Of a stretch of 64,000 nt of DNA, positions 24,691 to 38,949 are shown piece after piece. Both the position numbers and the translations under genes were made by a program. The stretch lies in NCBI RefSeq assembly GCF_009834535.1, contig NC_045696.1, positions 70,434,001-70,498,000 on the forward strand, in the 5' to 3' direction. Source of the stretch: Camelus ferus. Taxonomy: Eukaryota. The notes below the pieces were generated by a model, which searched no databases, was not told the DNA's origin, and was given only the letters and a program-made list of their open reading frames with translations. How positions within the stretch are numbered: position 1 is the stretch's first letter; every line of letters starts with the position of its first letter.

Positions 24691-25975
24691 CAAGTATGGA
24701 CACATAAACCAATAAACCAATGTTTGCTAGATAATATGGGTAACAAATATGAATAACTAAATGATAAACTAATATTTGCTGAAAATGGGTATGGGTAACA
24801 TTTCCGGTTACTTCTTAGGGAGTAAGGGTTATTAAAATCTTGTTACAGTAACTGTGAGTTGAGATGTTAAGAAAGAAAAATGATTGTGCAGCAGGAAAAA
24901 CTCAGAAGAAAGGTTCAGAAATCTGAAAAGAAACTTTGCCTTCCTGCCCTTATACAAGGTAGAGTTAGGATTTACAATTTTTTTCTCTTCTATGCTTGAA
25001 CACTGGATAGACACAGTTTCTAATTAAGATCAGTTTTCAGTACTTTAAGTTGGTCGAGAGCAGCACAATCGTCTGTTGTAGGTTCCTTGTCCCTGATGCT
25101 GAGGTTATGCTGAAGAAGTCAAATGTAGTTAATAACTACACATTTGTGTACTAATTAACAAGTTTATTTTGGGCTTGAACAGATCACCTACGCTTACTGG
25201 GGAAATTTCTGTTTCACAGCTCAAGATGCTATCACTAAGCTAAAGATATCTGTCAAATATGTGGAGAGCATTTGCAAAAGCCAAGACTACAGGTATCTCA
25301 GACTGACTTACTCTTCACTAGAAAAACTCAGGTCATATATCCATGAGATTATCTTTTAATTTTCTTTGCATAAAAACAGAACCATGTTAATGCTTCTGAA
25401 CTTACACTCAGTTATACTTTTGGTCAAGCTCTTAGTAAATACGCTTACTTTTCAAAGTATAATGGACGGTGTAATACCTTATAAGAACGCTGTAATATCT
25501 ACTCTACTATGTCCATCCAATACACTAATACAACTCTAGCATAGAAAAGCTCTGTCATTTGTTTATGACAAGGGTGGTTTGGAGAATGAAGAGGTTTTGA
25601 AAAGGTTAAATTCTGGGAAAAAGAAGAAATCTTTATAGGTCATGCCTATATTTATATCAGTACATTTCACTTTAAAATACATAATTTAAAAGCAAAATCA
25701 TGAAAATAACCTCATGCTGAGACAACATATAAATTATAGAATGCAAAAGGGAACTCAAGGCTTCTGGCACAGTGTGTACACAATCCACTAGCTTTTCAAA
25801 TTATTTTCCAAATGTGTCAGCTAGATTCTTCAGCGATAAATAACTGCTGAGGTTTCTCTTTAAACTTGTTTGTAAACTACAAAAGAAGACCACGTTTAGG
25901 TACTTCACATAAACTTGTTTTTTAAAAAGCACATTATAAAAAGATGCGACAACCCCTTTTTTTCTCTATTGCTTT

Positions 25976-26378
25976 TTCTTTTAAATTGAAGTATGGTTGA
26001 TTTACAATATTGTGTGAGTTTTAGATGTACAGCATAGAAACTCAGTTATTTTTTTCCTGATTATACTCCATTATAGGTTATTACAAGATACTGAATATAA
26101 TTTCCTGTGCTATACAGTAAATCCATGTTACTTATCTATTTTATATATAGTAGTTTATTAATTCCATACTACAGATTTGTCCCTCTCCCCTCACCCCTTC
26201 AGTAACCATAAGTCTGATTTCTACGTCTGTTAGTCTGTTTCTGTTTTGCGTATAGATTCATTTGTATTATTTTTTAGATTCCACATATAAGTGATACCAA
26301 CATATATTTCTCCGTCTGATTTACTTCATTAAGTATGATATTCTCTCAGTCTATCCATATTGCTGTAAATGGCAATAC
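25976..26378 (-). mobile_element. 5'-truncated cetartiodactyl-type L1 3' end
   Basis: polyT then TTAAATTGAAGTATGGTTGATTTACAATATTGTG. 12-bp TSD CTCTATTGCTTT at 25964-25975 and 26379-26390. Confidence 0.9.
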
Positions 26379-27237
26379 CTCTATTGCTTTCTGATACCTA
26401 CTGTATCATGTATGTGGTTTGCTGTAAAATTAAAATTTTACTAATCAAGCATTACTTTAAAATATGAATAACACAACAGTTAGCATATTTGTTTGTATTA
26501 ATCCCCTCAGTATAAGAGTCATAAATAGCTTCTCGAAGAAGCCAAAAATTACATTTGCCAAAGAGTGAAGATCAGTTACGGGCAAGCAGTGAAGACAGAA
26601 TGTACAAAACATAAATATGGTCCCTTAAAAATACCAACTTATCACCTAATGTTCATGAAAGAAACCTGTACAATTCAGGCCCCAGGTATCAGTTTGAATA
26701 AATATGCAGAGGTCAGGAAGATCTTTGAGAACCTCTTATTATGTGAACATGTCTTCTAGAAAAATTGTAAATATCTGAGCAACTGTGCATCTAAATAACT
26801 GTCATTTCCTATCTTCTCCCCAGGAGACCAGATAGAGTGAGACAGATATGAAAAATACTATGGCTGGTGTTAGGTACAGAAGAAAAGGCCAAAATTTCGG
26901 AGTTAGAAAATCTAGGTTAATGTTCCCACTTAATAATGGGACAAATTATTTAATTTTTTAAGTGGCTCTTCCCTCTTAAAAATCACGTGGATACCATCAC
27001 TTCCCCAGCATAATGTACACAAAGATCAAAGGAGATAAAGAACACAAAAGTGCTTTACAAACTGTGTTAGACTACCCAGGGACATTAGGTAGTTGAGCCA
27101 ACTAATATTTATTGATTATATATTATGTTCCAAGCACTGTGCTAGGTACTGGAGATAAATTACTGAACAAGTAGATCTGGTCTCTGCTTTCACGGAAGTC
27201 ACAGTGTAGTGGTACTTTTTGCTTTAGGAGACAGATC

Positions 27238-29237
27238 CACTGTCTTTTCTCCACTGTATATTCTCGCTTTCCTTTGTTGTAAATTAGTTGACCATAGGTG
27301 CATGGGTTTATTTATGGGCTCTCTATTCTGTTTCATTGATCCATATGGGTCTTTTTGTGCCAATACCATGCTGTTTTGATTACTGTATTTTTATAGTATA
27401 GTTTCAAGTCAGAGAACACGGTATCTCCAGCTTTGTCTTCTTCTCAAGGTTGTTTTGCAATTTGGGGTCTTTTATGGTTCCAAATAAATTTTAGAATTAT
27501 TTGTTCTAGTTTTATGAAAAATGTCATGGGTATTTTGATTGAGATTGCATTAAATATTAGATTGCTTTTGGGTAGTATGGACATTTTAACAATATTAATT
27601 CTTCTAATCCAAGAACATAGGATATCTTTCCTTTTCTTTGTATTGTCTTCAAATTCCTTCAGTGTTTTATAGTTTTCTGAGCACAGGTCTTTTACCTTCT
27701 TGGTTAAGTTTATTCCTAGGCATTTTATTCTTTTTACTGGGATTGTAAATGGGATTTTTTTCGGTGGGGGGGCTTTCTCTTTCTGATAGTTCATTACTAG
27801 TGTATAGGAAGGTAAAACTTTTCTGTATATTAAGCTTGTATCCTGAAACTTTATTAGAATTTATCAGTTCTAATAGTTTTGGGGTGGGAAGACTATGGTT
27901 TTCCGTATATAGAACCATGTTATCTGCAAACTGTGAGTTTTACTTCTTTCCAATTTGGATGCCTTTTATTTCTCTTTCTTATTTGATTGCTGTGACTAGG
28001 ACTTCCAGTACTATATTAAGTAGAAGTGGCGAGAATGGGCATCCTTGTCTTGTTCCTAATTTTAAAGGAAAGGCTTTCGGCTTTTCACCAGTGAGTATGT
28101 TAGCTGTTAGTCTGTCATACAGGGCTTTCATTATGCTGAGACATATTCTCTCTCTATCAACTGTGGTGAGAGTTTTTATCATGAATGGATGCTGAATTTT
28201 GTCAAATGTTTTTTTTGTATCTACTGAGGTGAGGATGTGATTTTTATCCTTGCTTTTACTAATGTGGCATATAACACTGATTGATTTGCAAATACTGAAT
28301 CATCTGTGCATTCCTGGAATAAATCTTACTTGATCATGGTGTACGACCCTTTTTATATATTGTTGGATTTGGTTTGCTAATACTTTGTTCAGGATTTTTA
28401 CACCTACATTCATCAAAGACACTGGCCTCTAATTTTCTTTTGTAGTGTCTTTGTCTGGTTTTTGTATGAGGATAATGGTGGCCTTGTAGAATGGATTTGG
28501 GAGTATTCACTCCTCTTCAATTTTGGGGAACAGTTTGAGAAGGATAGGTCTTCTTTACACATTTGGTAGAATTCTGCTGTGAATCCATCTTGCCCTGGAT
28601 TTTTGTTTGCTGGGAGTATTTTTTTTTAATTTATTACAAACTCAATTTCAGTACTAGTGATCAGTCTGTTCAGATTGTCTGTTTCTAGGAAGAAACAGTC
28701 TCAACAGGTTGTATGTTTCTAGAAATTTGTCCACTGCTTCTAGATTGTCCAATCTGTTGGCACATAACTTTGTAGTATTATGATTTTTTTTTTTTGTATC
28801 TCTGTGGTATCAGTTGCTATTTCTGCTTTTTCATGTCTTCTTCTTCTTATTTTTTTTAATCTCTTTGGTATTAGTTGCTATTTCTCTTTTCTTCTTGGTA
28901 AGCCTGGCTAAAAAGTTTATTAATTTTGTTTATCTTTTCAAAAACCAACTCTTGGTTTCATTGATCTTTTCTATTGTTTTTTTGGTCTCTATTTTATTTT
29001 GTCTCTGATCTTTATCTCTTTTCCTACTTTGGGCTTTGCTTGTTCTTCTTTTTCTAATTCCTTTATCTGGGAGGTTAGGTTGTTTACTTGGGAATTTTCT
29101 TGTTTCTTGAGGAAGGCCTTTATCGCTATAAACTTCCCTCTTAAAACTGCTTTTCCTACATCCCATAGATTTTAGAAAGTTGTGTTTCCATCTTCATTTG
29201 TCTTGAGGTATTTTTTAACTTCCTCTTTGATTTCTGT
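27238..29237 (-). mobile_element. L1 ORF2 fragment (~2 kb)
   Basis: Minus-strand peptides [56 protein letters not shown]. Confidence 0.93.
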
Positions 29238-29239
29238 TA

Positions 29240-30360
29240 ATTTTTGACTTTGAGCAATTATAATGTACCTTGTAGTTCTTCATGTTTTTGAGTTTGGGGT
29301 TATTGATCTTTACTAACAGTTCTCAATAAATCTGGAAATTTTAGGGCTAATATTTAAAATATTTTTTTCTGCTCCAACTCCCTATTTTCAGAATTCCAAG
29401 TATATGTATTTTGGGCCACCTGAAATTGTCCCACAGCTCAATGACACTCTGGTTCATTTTTTTTTCCTGATTCACTTTTCTTACGCATTTCATTTTTAGA
29501 TAGTCTGTGTTACTGTGTCTTCAAATTCACTAATCTTTTCTTCTGTTTTGGCATTCTCATCTGTTAATTCCTATATTCAATGTCATATCTGGGTTTCATT
29601 TTCCAACATCTTTGCATATCTTAAAAGTTTTATAGAATGTCTTACATACACTGTAAATTTTACACTATTGAGACCTGGATATTTCTGTATTCCAAAAATA
29701 TTTTTAAGCTTTGTTCTGAGATGCAGTTAAATTATCAGGAAACAGTTTGATCCGTTCAGGCCTTGCTTTTAAAATTTGAAAAGCATGACAGGAGCTATGT
29801 TTGGTCTAGGCCTAACTTTTTCCCATTACTGAGTACTTGTGAGTACTCTACTCAATGTTCTGTGAATTATGAGGTCTTCTAGTCTTACTGGTGAATAAGA
29901 CTCTATTTTTGGCCCTGTGTGAATACAAGTATTATTCCCCCCAATCCATTCAGGTGGTTCTCTCCCTGCCTAGGTACTTTCCTCAGATCATGCACTGAGG
30001 CTTGAGGGAGGCCCCCTGATTGCTCCAGAGTTCCCTCTCCTCTTACTTACCCTGAAAACTCTACCTTGGTCTCTCTTGACTCTCAGCTCCAACTCCTCAA
30101 ATCAGTAAGTATGCTGAAAATTGCTTGGGATTCCCTTCCTGTGCTACTGCCTGGAAACTCTCTAAAGACATCAAGCTGGGGCAGACAGAGGGCTTACATT
30201 GTTTATTTCCTGTCTCCAAGGAATTACCGCCCTGTATTGACTGACTACCAGTTTTTTGAAAACTACTATGTTATGTATTTTTTCCATATTTTAGTTGTTA
30301 TAAGCAAGAGGATGCATCCAAGCCACTCCTCTTGGCCAGAACTAGAATTCCTCCATTCTT
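29240..30360 (-). mobile_element. Old L1 5'/ORF1 fragment
   Basis: Resembles the antisense L1 5' sequence at 7370-8870 (TTCACTAATCTTTTCTTCTG; CTGTGAATTATGAG). Confidence 0.62.
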
Positions 30361-31269
30361 GACTTTTTTCATTCTATAACTATTCAGAGTACCTATTATA
30401 TGCCAGGTGCCCCAGGGTTAAGTGATAGTGATAGTGTACTAGGCAAAGTATAGTCTTATCTCTTAAGGTCCTTGAATGTTTCTTAGAACTCCATTTTGGC
30501 CTTCGGCTTTTCTCACTAATTCATTTCATCTTAAAGTTCATCTAGTTTCAAGAATATAACTACCACTTCTGCTTCGATGACTTCCAAATCTTCCTCTCCA
30601 CTTCTTACCACTTCCTACAAACTCCAGTCTTATATTCCCCCCACTGCTCACTGTTAGCCACATGAAACTGAATTTAGGGGGTTTACCCGGGTTCTTCTTT
30701 TGTTCCCCTACTTCTAATCAGTCAAAAAGTCAAGTAGATTCTACCAGCTAAGTAATTTTCAAATCTACTTTCTCCTATCCATTCTGTGTAACTCAATTAA
30801 CAAACTTGAGTACCTATTACATTCTGAGTATCTCTATGCCTTCGGTCTTGTTTACTTCCAATTTATCCTGTATAACGTAGACTGAGTGTTCTTTCTAAAA
30901 TGAAATGTCATCCCATCATTCCTCTAGTTAAAATATCTTAATGAAAATTTACTGATTTTAAAATAAAATCCAAAGTCATTACCATGGTTTACAAAGCAAT
31001 TAAGGACACAGCCCCTGTCTCTCAAATTTCAGCTCCATGACTCACCTTTATTCTTGTCGTATGTTCCAAGCATACTTAAACATTTGCAACTCTTCAAATG
31101 TGCCATGTTTTACCTCAAATTCTTTGTATATATAGTTCACTGTGCTTTAGAATAGTCCTCTTTTTCCCCCTGATTCCTTTAGGCTCTTTAAGATTCAATT
31201 CAGACATCTCCTTTAGGAAATCTTTCCAAATTCTCCAGTCTGTTTCAGATATATACTTTATTGGTACCT

Positions 31270-31800
31270 CTTTGGTTATATATATTCAGAAACCCAACTT
31301 GTTCAAAAAAGATAATTATTGTAAAGGTACTGGGGTGTCTAAGGATCCAAGAAGAGGAATGCAGGTAAACCTTAAGAACTACAATGAGACTCAGATGCCA
31401 TGAGGATTTTCTCTTCATGTTATCTCCTTTCCCAGTGTCTTAAATCCTCTCTCTGTATCTTTTCTCTTCTCCATGCAGCTTATCTATTCTCCTCTTTGTG
31501 TGTGTGTTTCATTCTTCTCTCTCAGATAAACTTTCTTACTTTTTCAATCCATATGACAGAAAAGTAGTCACTGCCAGCTCCTGAACTTTGTACTTTATAT
31601 AATCCAGAGAACTGAAGAGAAACTATTCATCTTTTTTCAATTCAATTCTAAAATTTCCTGAAAAGGACACTGACTGGCCCCTCTTAGGCCAGCTGCCCAC
31701 CCTGAGTCAATCACGTGGGGTCTTGCTTTCACATGGATGCTCCTGCTGTACTTATGTGGACTGAATGTAGGGATGCAGAAGTGGCAACGACCCTTCCTGG
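31270..31800. mobile_element. Old MaLR LTR fragment (MLT1J/K-like)
   Basis: CAGAAACCCAACT...; GGACACTGACTGGCCCCTCTTAGGCCAGCTGCCCACCCTGAGTCAATCA. Confidence 0.5.
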
Positions 31801-33645
31801 GGTTCAGAGCAGCTAATCCTTAAAGTGACCAATCTTACTTGTGCTTTACAGCCCTGTGAACAGTTGCATCAGATATTTTCTCATCTCTCTTATAAGAGCC
31901 CTTTTAGGGCAAGAACTGTGCCCTTCTTTCATTTATGTAGATAACTACCAAACAGTAACATATAATTAATAAACTAATTAACAATTAACTCTTCAAAAGA
32001 CCAGGGACTGAAACAAATGGAGTTTACATGATATAATGAGAAAGAGCGTAAGTTAGGAGGTGAGAGACTTTGGTGGTAGTCTGGATGCTGCCACTAATGG
32101 TAGGTCAGGTACCTAACTTTTCTGTGTTTCAGTTTTGCCCTTCATCAACAGAAATTTGTATAGTAGCCCTACCTATTTCAAGAGATTCTTGCGAGCTTCA
32201 AATGCGATATCTATAAAAGCAACTTAAAAAAAATAAAAATCTCTATACAAATATAAGGTAGAATTATTACAGTAATCAGAAATGTGCAAATAAGGAATTT
32301 AAGAATCAGCACACCCTTCCAATTAGTTAACAACCACTAAAGGTAGAAAATGATATGAATACAATTACAATGAATACTAGTATAATGCAAAAATAAAGCT
32401 AAGACTTTCAAATATCAAAAGCCTTCAAGGATGTGAGTTTCAAAATAAAGTATTTTTTTAAAATATCATATGCTTTTGCCAAGGAAAAAACAGATTTTTG
32501 TTTCTTATAATTTACGTAACAAAGTGTGGTTAAAGCTCAACATAAAACAAAGTGCATACAATGAGAGGGAAGCTACTTTCGGTTTTAGGATTTCATGTTT
32601 TTAAATTTACTTGGGAAATTAAAGTGTTCCTGCCTTACAGAGATATTTCTTTATATAGATTAAAAACCTATGACTAATATATTTTAGAATGGATATAAAA
32701 AGTAGTCTGTACCAAAGAATTATTTAATTTATGGTAAGTATCAAATGAAATGATATGTGTAAAGATACATTCTAAGTAATAATGTACAATGTGGTGAGAC
32801 TACTGGGTACAGTAGTCTTTATCAGCAAAGGCCCAGATGCTTAATACCAGATGGGAAAGAGAGCCTGAAAAATCTTAGAGAAAGCTGAGAGAAACATTCT
32901 TAGTTGTATAAAAATCATTTAAAAATTGTGAAGACCAATGGCATCATATTACCATCTGACTTTTTAGTTTTTTGGTGTGTCTCTATGCTGCATAAAGGAA
33001 GACAAAATGGATTCTAAGGATTATTCTTGCAGTTTTCCCAAGAATGTTCACAGATTTTTCTAAAAATACATCTTCGCATATTTTTAGTGTTCTCCTTTTG
33101 ATGAATCTGGAAAGGTAGAGGCCTTTTCACTGAACAAAATAGGCTGGAAGGATGTTTCCTCCAAACGCTTTGGGCACAAAAGCCGTCTAGAATCTAGAGC
33201 AGGAGAGGAGTTTTCGATGTAAAGTTCTAGGATGAGTTAAAAAACTTAAGTAACAACCATTGACTAAGAAATGTCTGTATTAATATGATTTTTAGGTTAT
33301 CTTTTTTTGATCTAAAAAGTATAACCAGCTGCAAACAATGGTAATTCTCTCACAGCTAGCACAGCAAAAGGAAGCCCAAGGTCTGAATCTGAACCCCAAG
33401 GTCACAGTGAACAGCTGAAGGCTGCACACCCTAACTGAAGGCTGCAAGTGTGTGCTGGGCAAACACCGCTGGAGTTGGGAAAGATTCCAGGGTGAGAGCC
33501 ATAAGTTAGATATTTAGCTAACGCCAAAAATCAGCTGCATTATGCTTGAGACCCGTTTAAACATTAGCCCAATTTGCTATTATTTACACATAACTAAAAC
33601 ATTAGTTAAAGTTGATCCACACTGAATTGTCCCCTTTTAACTCAC

Positions 33646-33728
33646 CTGTAAGATTCTTTGCAGGATTGATGGAAGGGCAATAAATGCTGCCATGCTGTTT
33701 AGAACTTGCATGGTCAAAGATTTCAGAG
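33646..33728 (-). CDS. VPS8: VPS8 coding exon, 83 nt ((A)LKSLTMQVLNSMAAFIALPSILQRILQ), phase 1-0
   Basis: Acceptor ttcttataacag|CT and donor CAG|gtgagt. Confidence 0.96.
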
Positions 33729-34084
33729 CTGTTATAAGAAAATGTTAACATTAAGGTTAGTTTAAAATAAGAATTTCTAGTTTTTCCTATAAGTCATAGG
33801 GATAGAGCTTCCTAGAATCTTAGCTAACTTAACTAACTAACTAAACTAATTAGCCTGTTTAATATTTTAAAGCTAACTGCTGGTAGGTTGCAAAGCTACA
33901 ATTATTCAAGACAAATGATATAAATGGTGCCAGAAAGAACTGAACCTGAAAGATGAGATCAACCCTACAATATGATTTCATTAAGAAAAATAATAAAAAT
34001 ATGATAGCAGGAGCAGGTATCACAATGATAATTTCCAGCAGATGAAAACTGGGGGACAGTATAGGTGGCCTCTGATGAACTTAC

Positions 34085-34166
34085 CTTCAGAGTGTAGAGG
34101 AGGTGCAGCTGAACTAGACAGCTTCTGAGGGGCCATCATTGCCTCCAGTAATGGAAACCAGAGTGC
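34085..34166 (-). CDS. VPS8: VPS8 coding exon, 82 nt (ALWFPLLEAMMAPQKLSSSAAPPLHSE+g), phase 0-1
   Basis: Acceptor ctctgacattatag|GCA and donor AAG|gtaagt. Contains the LWFPLLE motif. Confidence 0.96.
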
Positions 34167-36398
34167 CTATAATGTCAGAGGAAACCAGAGGAAAACAAAA
34201 GTGCTCTGTTGTCTTTAAGAATAATGACAGTGTTTCACAGGCTGAAATGTACTTCTCACACACGTTTGTAGGTAAAAATTAGAAAAAGAAAAGATGGAAC
34301 ACTTGAATGTGAAGAGAAAAGACAATAAAAAGCAAGGACCATAGCCAGAACAGATACCTTTACCATGCAACTTGGGAAAATAAGGAAGCTCAAGTTAAGC
34401 AAGTCCAGACCTTTTACAACTGCAATCTTCGGTGTCTCAGGAGAGGGTAGGGGCAAAGCAGCCAGAGCAGAGCCTGTAGCTATGTTCTTAAATGTACCAC
34501 TGACAAAGTCTAAACAGCTCTGTGTACTGCAGAAAGGGACAAGAGAACCCCTCCACAACTGCCCTCCACCCATTTCTCTTCAGCTATGGCAAGCCAGATA
34601 AATGAAAAAAGTTATCCAGAGTTTTTTCCTATAGCAAGCATTATTTTGTATTTCCTTAGTCATCACAGACTAAGAAGGGGAAGTTAAGATTATTTCAGTT
34701 AACATTTCCAACCACATCTATCATTTAGTTATTCCTATTACACTGGGCACTATATTAAATGCTTTACATACATTTTGTTTTTTCCATCTCATAATAACCT
34801 TACCCAGTAAACATTATCTTCAGTTGAAGGTAAGATACTGAAGCTTAGAGAAGTTAAGTAATTTGCCAAAGATCATAACCTGCCATATGTGCATCATATG
34901 TGCTGTTCCTAAGGCTTAGGAAAAATCTTTATCATCAGAAATCAAACTAATGCATTTTAAAATTTCAAACATGTTTTCTTGTTGGGTAGTGATTTACAAA
35001 GGTCTTACTTAAGACAGTATCTTGGGAGGAACCTATTGCTGCAAGCATCCAAGAGGCATGAAGAAAAGTCAGCATTGACAGAGCAGGACAAGTATAGTTA
35101 TTAAGGGAGCCCACTAAGGGAGACAGGTAAAGGTCCAGTGACTTTCCCCCTGGGTGACCTCCCACTGAAGAGCTCTACTAGGAAGCCCTTATGTGGCCCA
35201 TTTGAGATTTTCTAAGGGCAGCATTTTATGTATTTTTTAAATTTATTTCTTCAAGTTCTCAAGGTACTGGTTTTAACTATGTTGTATACTGGCATTTCTT
35301 TATTTTATCAAAATTTTAGTTTATTTTATCTAGTACTCATGAACTTTTAATCTTCTATTTTATTCTCAGACAGTTTCACTTGCCTTACCTTTTAGTTGTC
35401 TATTTCAACTTGTTTTTACAACCGTATCATTTATCTGTGCATTTTTATAGTCTTTTAATTTAACTGTATATGGTATACGTAGTTTTTACCTTTTGGTTTT
35501 CATATTTATTTAGAAATTTGCTTTAAAATTTTCTTACTTAACCTGGACATTTTAGAGGAATTATCTTTTTAAAGGTTACTTTATTCTTGATTTATAAATG
35601 GCAGACTAAGGATACACGGTTGTAAAGATAATAGCCATGGAAAGTATTCATATCCTACATAGAAGAGTTATTCTTCTTCAATTAAATCTCCATATTAACC
35701 CAAAATATATGTAAACACCTTTTAAATATTTTATCTCTTGCTCTTTGATGTTGGTTCTTAAAATTTTGACTTGGGTAACTCTAAAAACCCCAACGGCTAA
35801 AATAACCAACCATAATAATGACAATCCTAACCCCTGAGAGCAGCACAACTAAACCTGAATTATTTTCTCATTTTACATAATAAACAACTTTCTTTTTCAG
35901 GAAATTATGTGCATAACAAAGCCATATTCTTTATTATATGTAATCACCTGACACTGGAGTAGAAGCACAAATAGACAGACATACAAAGTAGAACAGGTAG
36001 AGATTTTAACTAAGAAAGGACTGACAACCCGACTTCCTGTGGTCTAACTTTAAGGAAATACTCTACGATATTAAATCTTCTGAAGAAACTTTTGCGAAGA
36101 GATAATACAGACAGTTCATTATCAAGCTTTTGGATACTTCCAGTATTCTAGCTGGTTTAGGATCTGTGGCAATAGCTCCTCTTCTCACTCTCTCCAAAGC
36201 AAAAACAAAGAGGAACAAGGCAAACCACCATGAAAATCCCCCAAACTTAATGTTTGGCATTATATCAAATCAGCCCAGCATTTTCTCAAAATGTCTACAT
36301 AAAAACCAACATTCAAATATTTTTGTTGTTATGAAAGCTGTTCATAAAAGCAGCAGAAACCAGTTGTTGGAGGGTGGAGGGGAGTAGAGAGTGGTGTG

Positions 36399-36401
<3 letters not shown>

Positions 36402-36465
<64 letters not shown>
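36402..36465 (+). repeat. (GT)32 microsatellite
   Basis: Direct count: 64 bp, perfect. Confidence 0.97.
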
Positions 36466-36468
<3 letters not shown>

Positions 36469-37989
36469 TGTCTAAGAGACGGAGAGAGAGATTCCAACTC
36501 AGACACATTTTTTGGGGGAAAAAAATACAGAATAAATTACCCTTTTGCCACATCAAAGAAGTCTTATTCCTGTCTCTGATTAAGAGACAGAGTTCAAATA
36601 TAGTCAGAATAATCCCTGGAGTTCTGGAGGCAGGGATTTTATATCTAATTCTACCATTAATATTATGAATCTGGACATACTTCAGCTTATGAGTCTAGAT
36701 GGTTCTACTTATAAAACATAACTGTCATTTTTTCTTAAATTTTCCATGAGAAGAAGGAAGAGTATCAAACAGATATTAGATAGAAGAAGGAAGGGTTGAA
36801 AAATATGTATAAACATAGCTCTAACAATTTTTGTGTCTTTCTATCAAAATGTAACATGTCCAAATACAAACAGGTAACCAAAAGACAAATGAAAATTAAA
36901 TCTTAGCAAGGGAAAAATCATGGCAAAATGAATGGTGTTAAACTCAATAATATATTTAAATAAAAGTTAAACAATTATGGGAACTGTGGATATAGAAAAG
37001 AATGTGTTGTTAACCTTAATGAGGTGAAATAACCTAACTAATTAAAATTAAGAGAAGAGAGAGAGACTGGAGAAGTATGACTGGAGCAAGTATGTATGAG
37101 TGCATGTAAATTTCCTTATTGGCTTGAGAACATAGGTATGATAAAAACTGAAAAGTTATTGTAAACAATAATTCCAATCTATCACAGTTATTTAAAATTT
37201 TTAACCTTTAGTGAGATTTATTAAAAGATAGTATAATGAAGAACTATTTATTTGAAATTCAGAAATTCCTGTTTTATATAAGCTTCCTAAATGCAACTGA
37301 ATACTATATTTTTTAAAGCAAGCATTATTTGATCCAATTTTTCTAAAATTATATCAACCTAGGCAGGTAAAAAATGTCTAGAGTGATATTCACCAAATGA
37401 TAATGATGGTTATTTCTGGGTGATAAGATGGATATAGGGTAATTTTTTTAAACATTCTCTGTGTAACTTTCTGTATTGAAGGATTTTGAAAAATGATGGG
37501 TATGTATCATTTCACACAAAAAATTTTTTTAAATAAAAGAAGACATATATTATGTAAATGTGTTATACACAATTTATATTACAAAGGGTTTTCAAAATTT
37601 ATGACCTTAAAAAACCCTTGACTAAAACATAAAGGAGAAATTTACCCATCTCTTAAGAACAGAAAACATATCAAACTTATAATTTTCATTGTAACACATA
37701 TGGCTAACTATGAAAAATTTACGCTGTTTCGCATTTCAGAAGCCCAAGCATGGAAACAGGCCATGTGGTGTCAAGTCAGAGGCCAGAGCACGAGGGTCAG
37801 GCACAGAGGAGTTATACCGTATCATACTGCTAACCTGACTTCTCTAAACTACTGCAGAATTTAGCTGTCAAGTCACATCTCGCCCCCTTAGTTTCTGCTT
37901 CAATGCTGTAACGCCTACCCGCACCAGGTGTTCAACTACACCTCCTTCAGTTTTGCGTTCTCCCTTTTTGCAGCCTGGAATCTGTTACA

Positions 37990-38158
37990 GACGTGGTTTC
38001 AACCTTGGCTGTGGAGTGGAATCACGTGGGAAGCTTTGAAACACTGATGACTGGGGCCCAGCCCCAGAGACTTTAATTTAATTGATCTCGGGTGCAGTCT
38101 GGGATTTTTCAAAGCTCCCCAAGTGACTCTAATGTGAGGCCAAGGCTGAGAACTGCTA
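37990..38158. mobile_element. MER5-family hAT MITE (MER5B-like)
   Basis: GTGGTTTCAACCTTGGCTG...GAATCACGTGGGAAGCTTT...AAAGCTCCCCAAGTGACTCTAATGTGAGGCCAAGGCTGAGAACTGCT, imperfectly palindromic. Confidence 0.8.
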
Positions 38159-38547
38159 TATCGCAGCCTTCTTGACCTTTTCTCTGTATCCCTGGAGGCT
38201 TTTCCTCCAATTCCTCATGCTCACTTGACCCACAGGGAATGCAAGAGATGATGAATGGATGACACAGCCACAGCAGCACTGCACAGAATACACAAATCTC
38301 AGTCCAGAGAGAACGAGGACATCCAGTATTCACGCGCCAAACCTAAGCATATAAAGCCTCTGTGAGAACAAAGAGGACAGGCGCTCCTTGTAATAGCTTT
38401 AGGAGTCTTATACTCCGGGGAGCACTAAACAGTGATTAAAATCCAGTCACACTGAACTCAGGTAGCTGAGAGGGCAGTAGAAAGAGAATTAATTCCTAGT
38501 TTAAGACCAAAACAGACTTTGAAAAGCCTTTGTAGTCATTCTCCTAC

Positions 38548-38651
38548 CTCTCTTTGCTGCTGATTCAAATTATGTGAATTTCTCTGGCAAAGGGCAATTG
38601 TCTCTACCATGGTCTCCTCAACATCCTTCAATGAGGAATCCTGTTTGGTAC
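38548..38651 (-). CDS. VPS8: VPS8 coding exon, 104 nt ((S)TKQDSSLKDVEETMVETIALCQRNSHNLNQQQRE), phase 1-0
   Basis: Acceptor ttttttggaatctag|GT and donor GAG|gtagga. Contains the LCQRNS motif. Confidence 0.95.
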
Positions 38652-38949
38652 CTAGATTCCAAAAAATTGTTAACATTACTCAAGGATACATTATTGATAA
38701 TCTCAAAGTGTCTGTACAAAATTAAACTATTTTTTCTCTGCATATTCTTAGGTTTCTATTATATAATCGTCTGTTAAGATCTGATATTGAGGTTTAGATT
38801 AAAAAACAGTTTGCAACAGTTTTCCATACAAATGTTCAACATTCATAGGACACAGAAAGCACGTCACTCTCAGCATTTTCATATGCTTTAGCAACAGAAA
38901 ATCCTCTAGCGCCAGTTTGTGGATTAGTTAATCTTTCACCTTCCTTGCT

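Noticed and set aside
33370..33450. Short direct repeats (CCCAAGGTC x2, CTGAAGGCTGCA x2); similar ones at ~14343-14378 and ~12994-13010
   Set aside because: Only two copies each, typical slippage micro-duplications with no array structure.
36329..36668. VCVC... and HTHT... ORFs
   Set aside because: Translation of the (GT)32 repeat.
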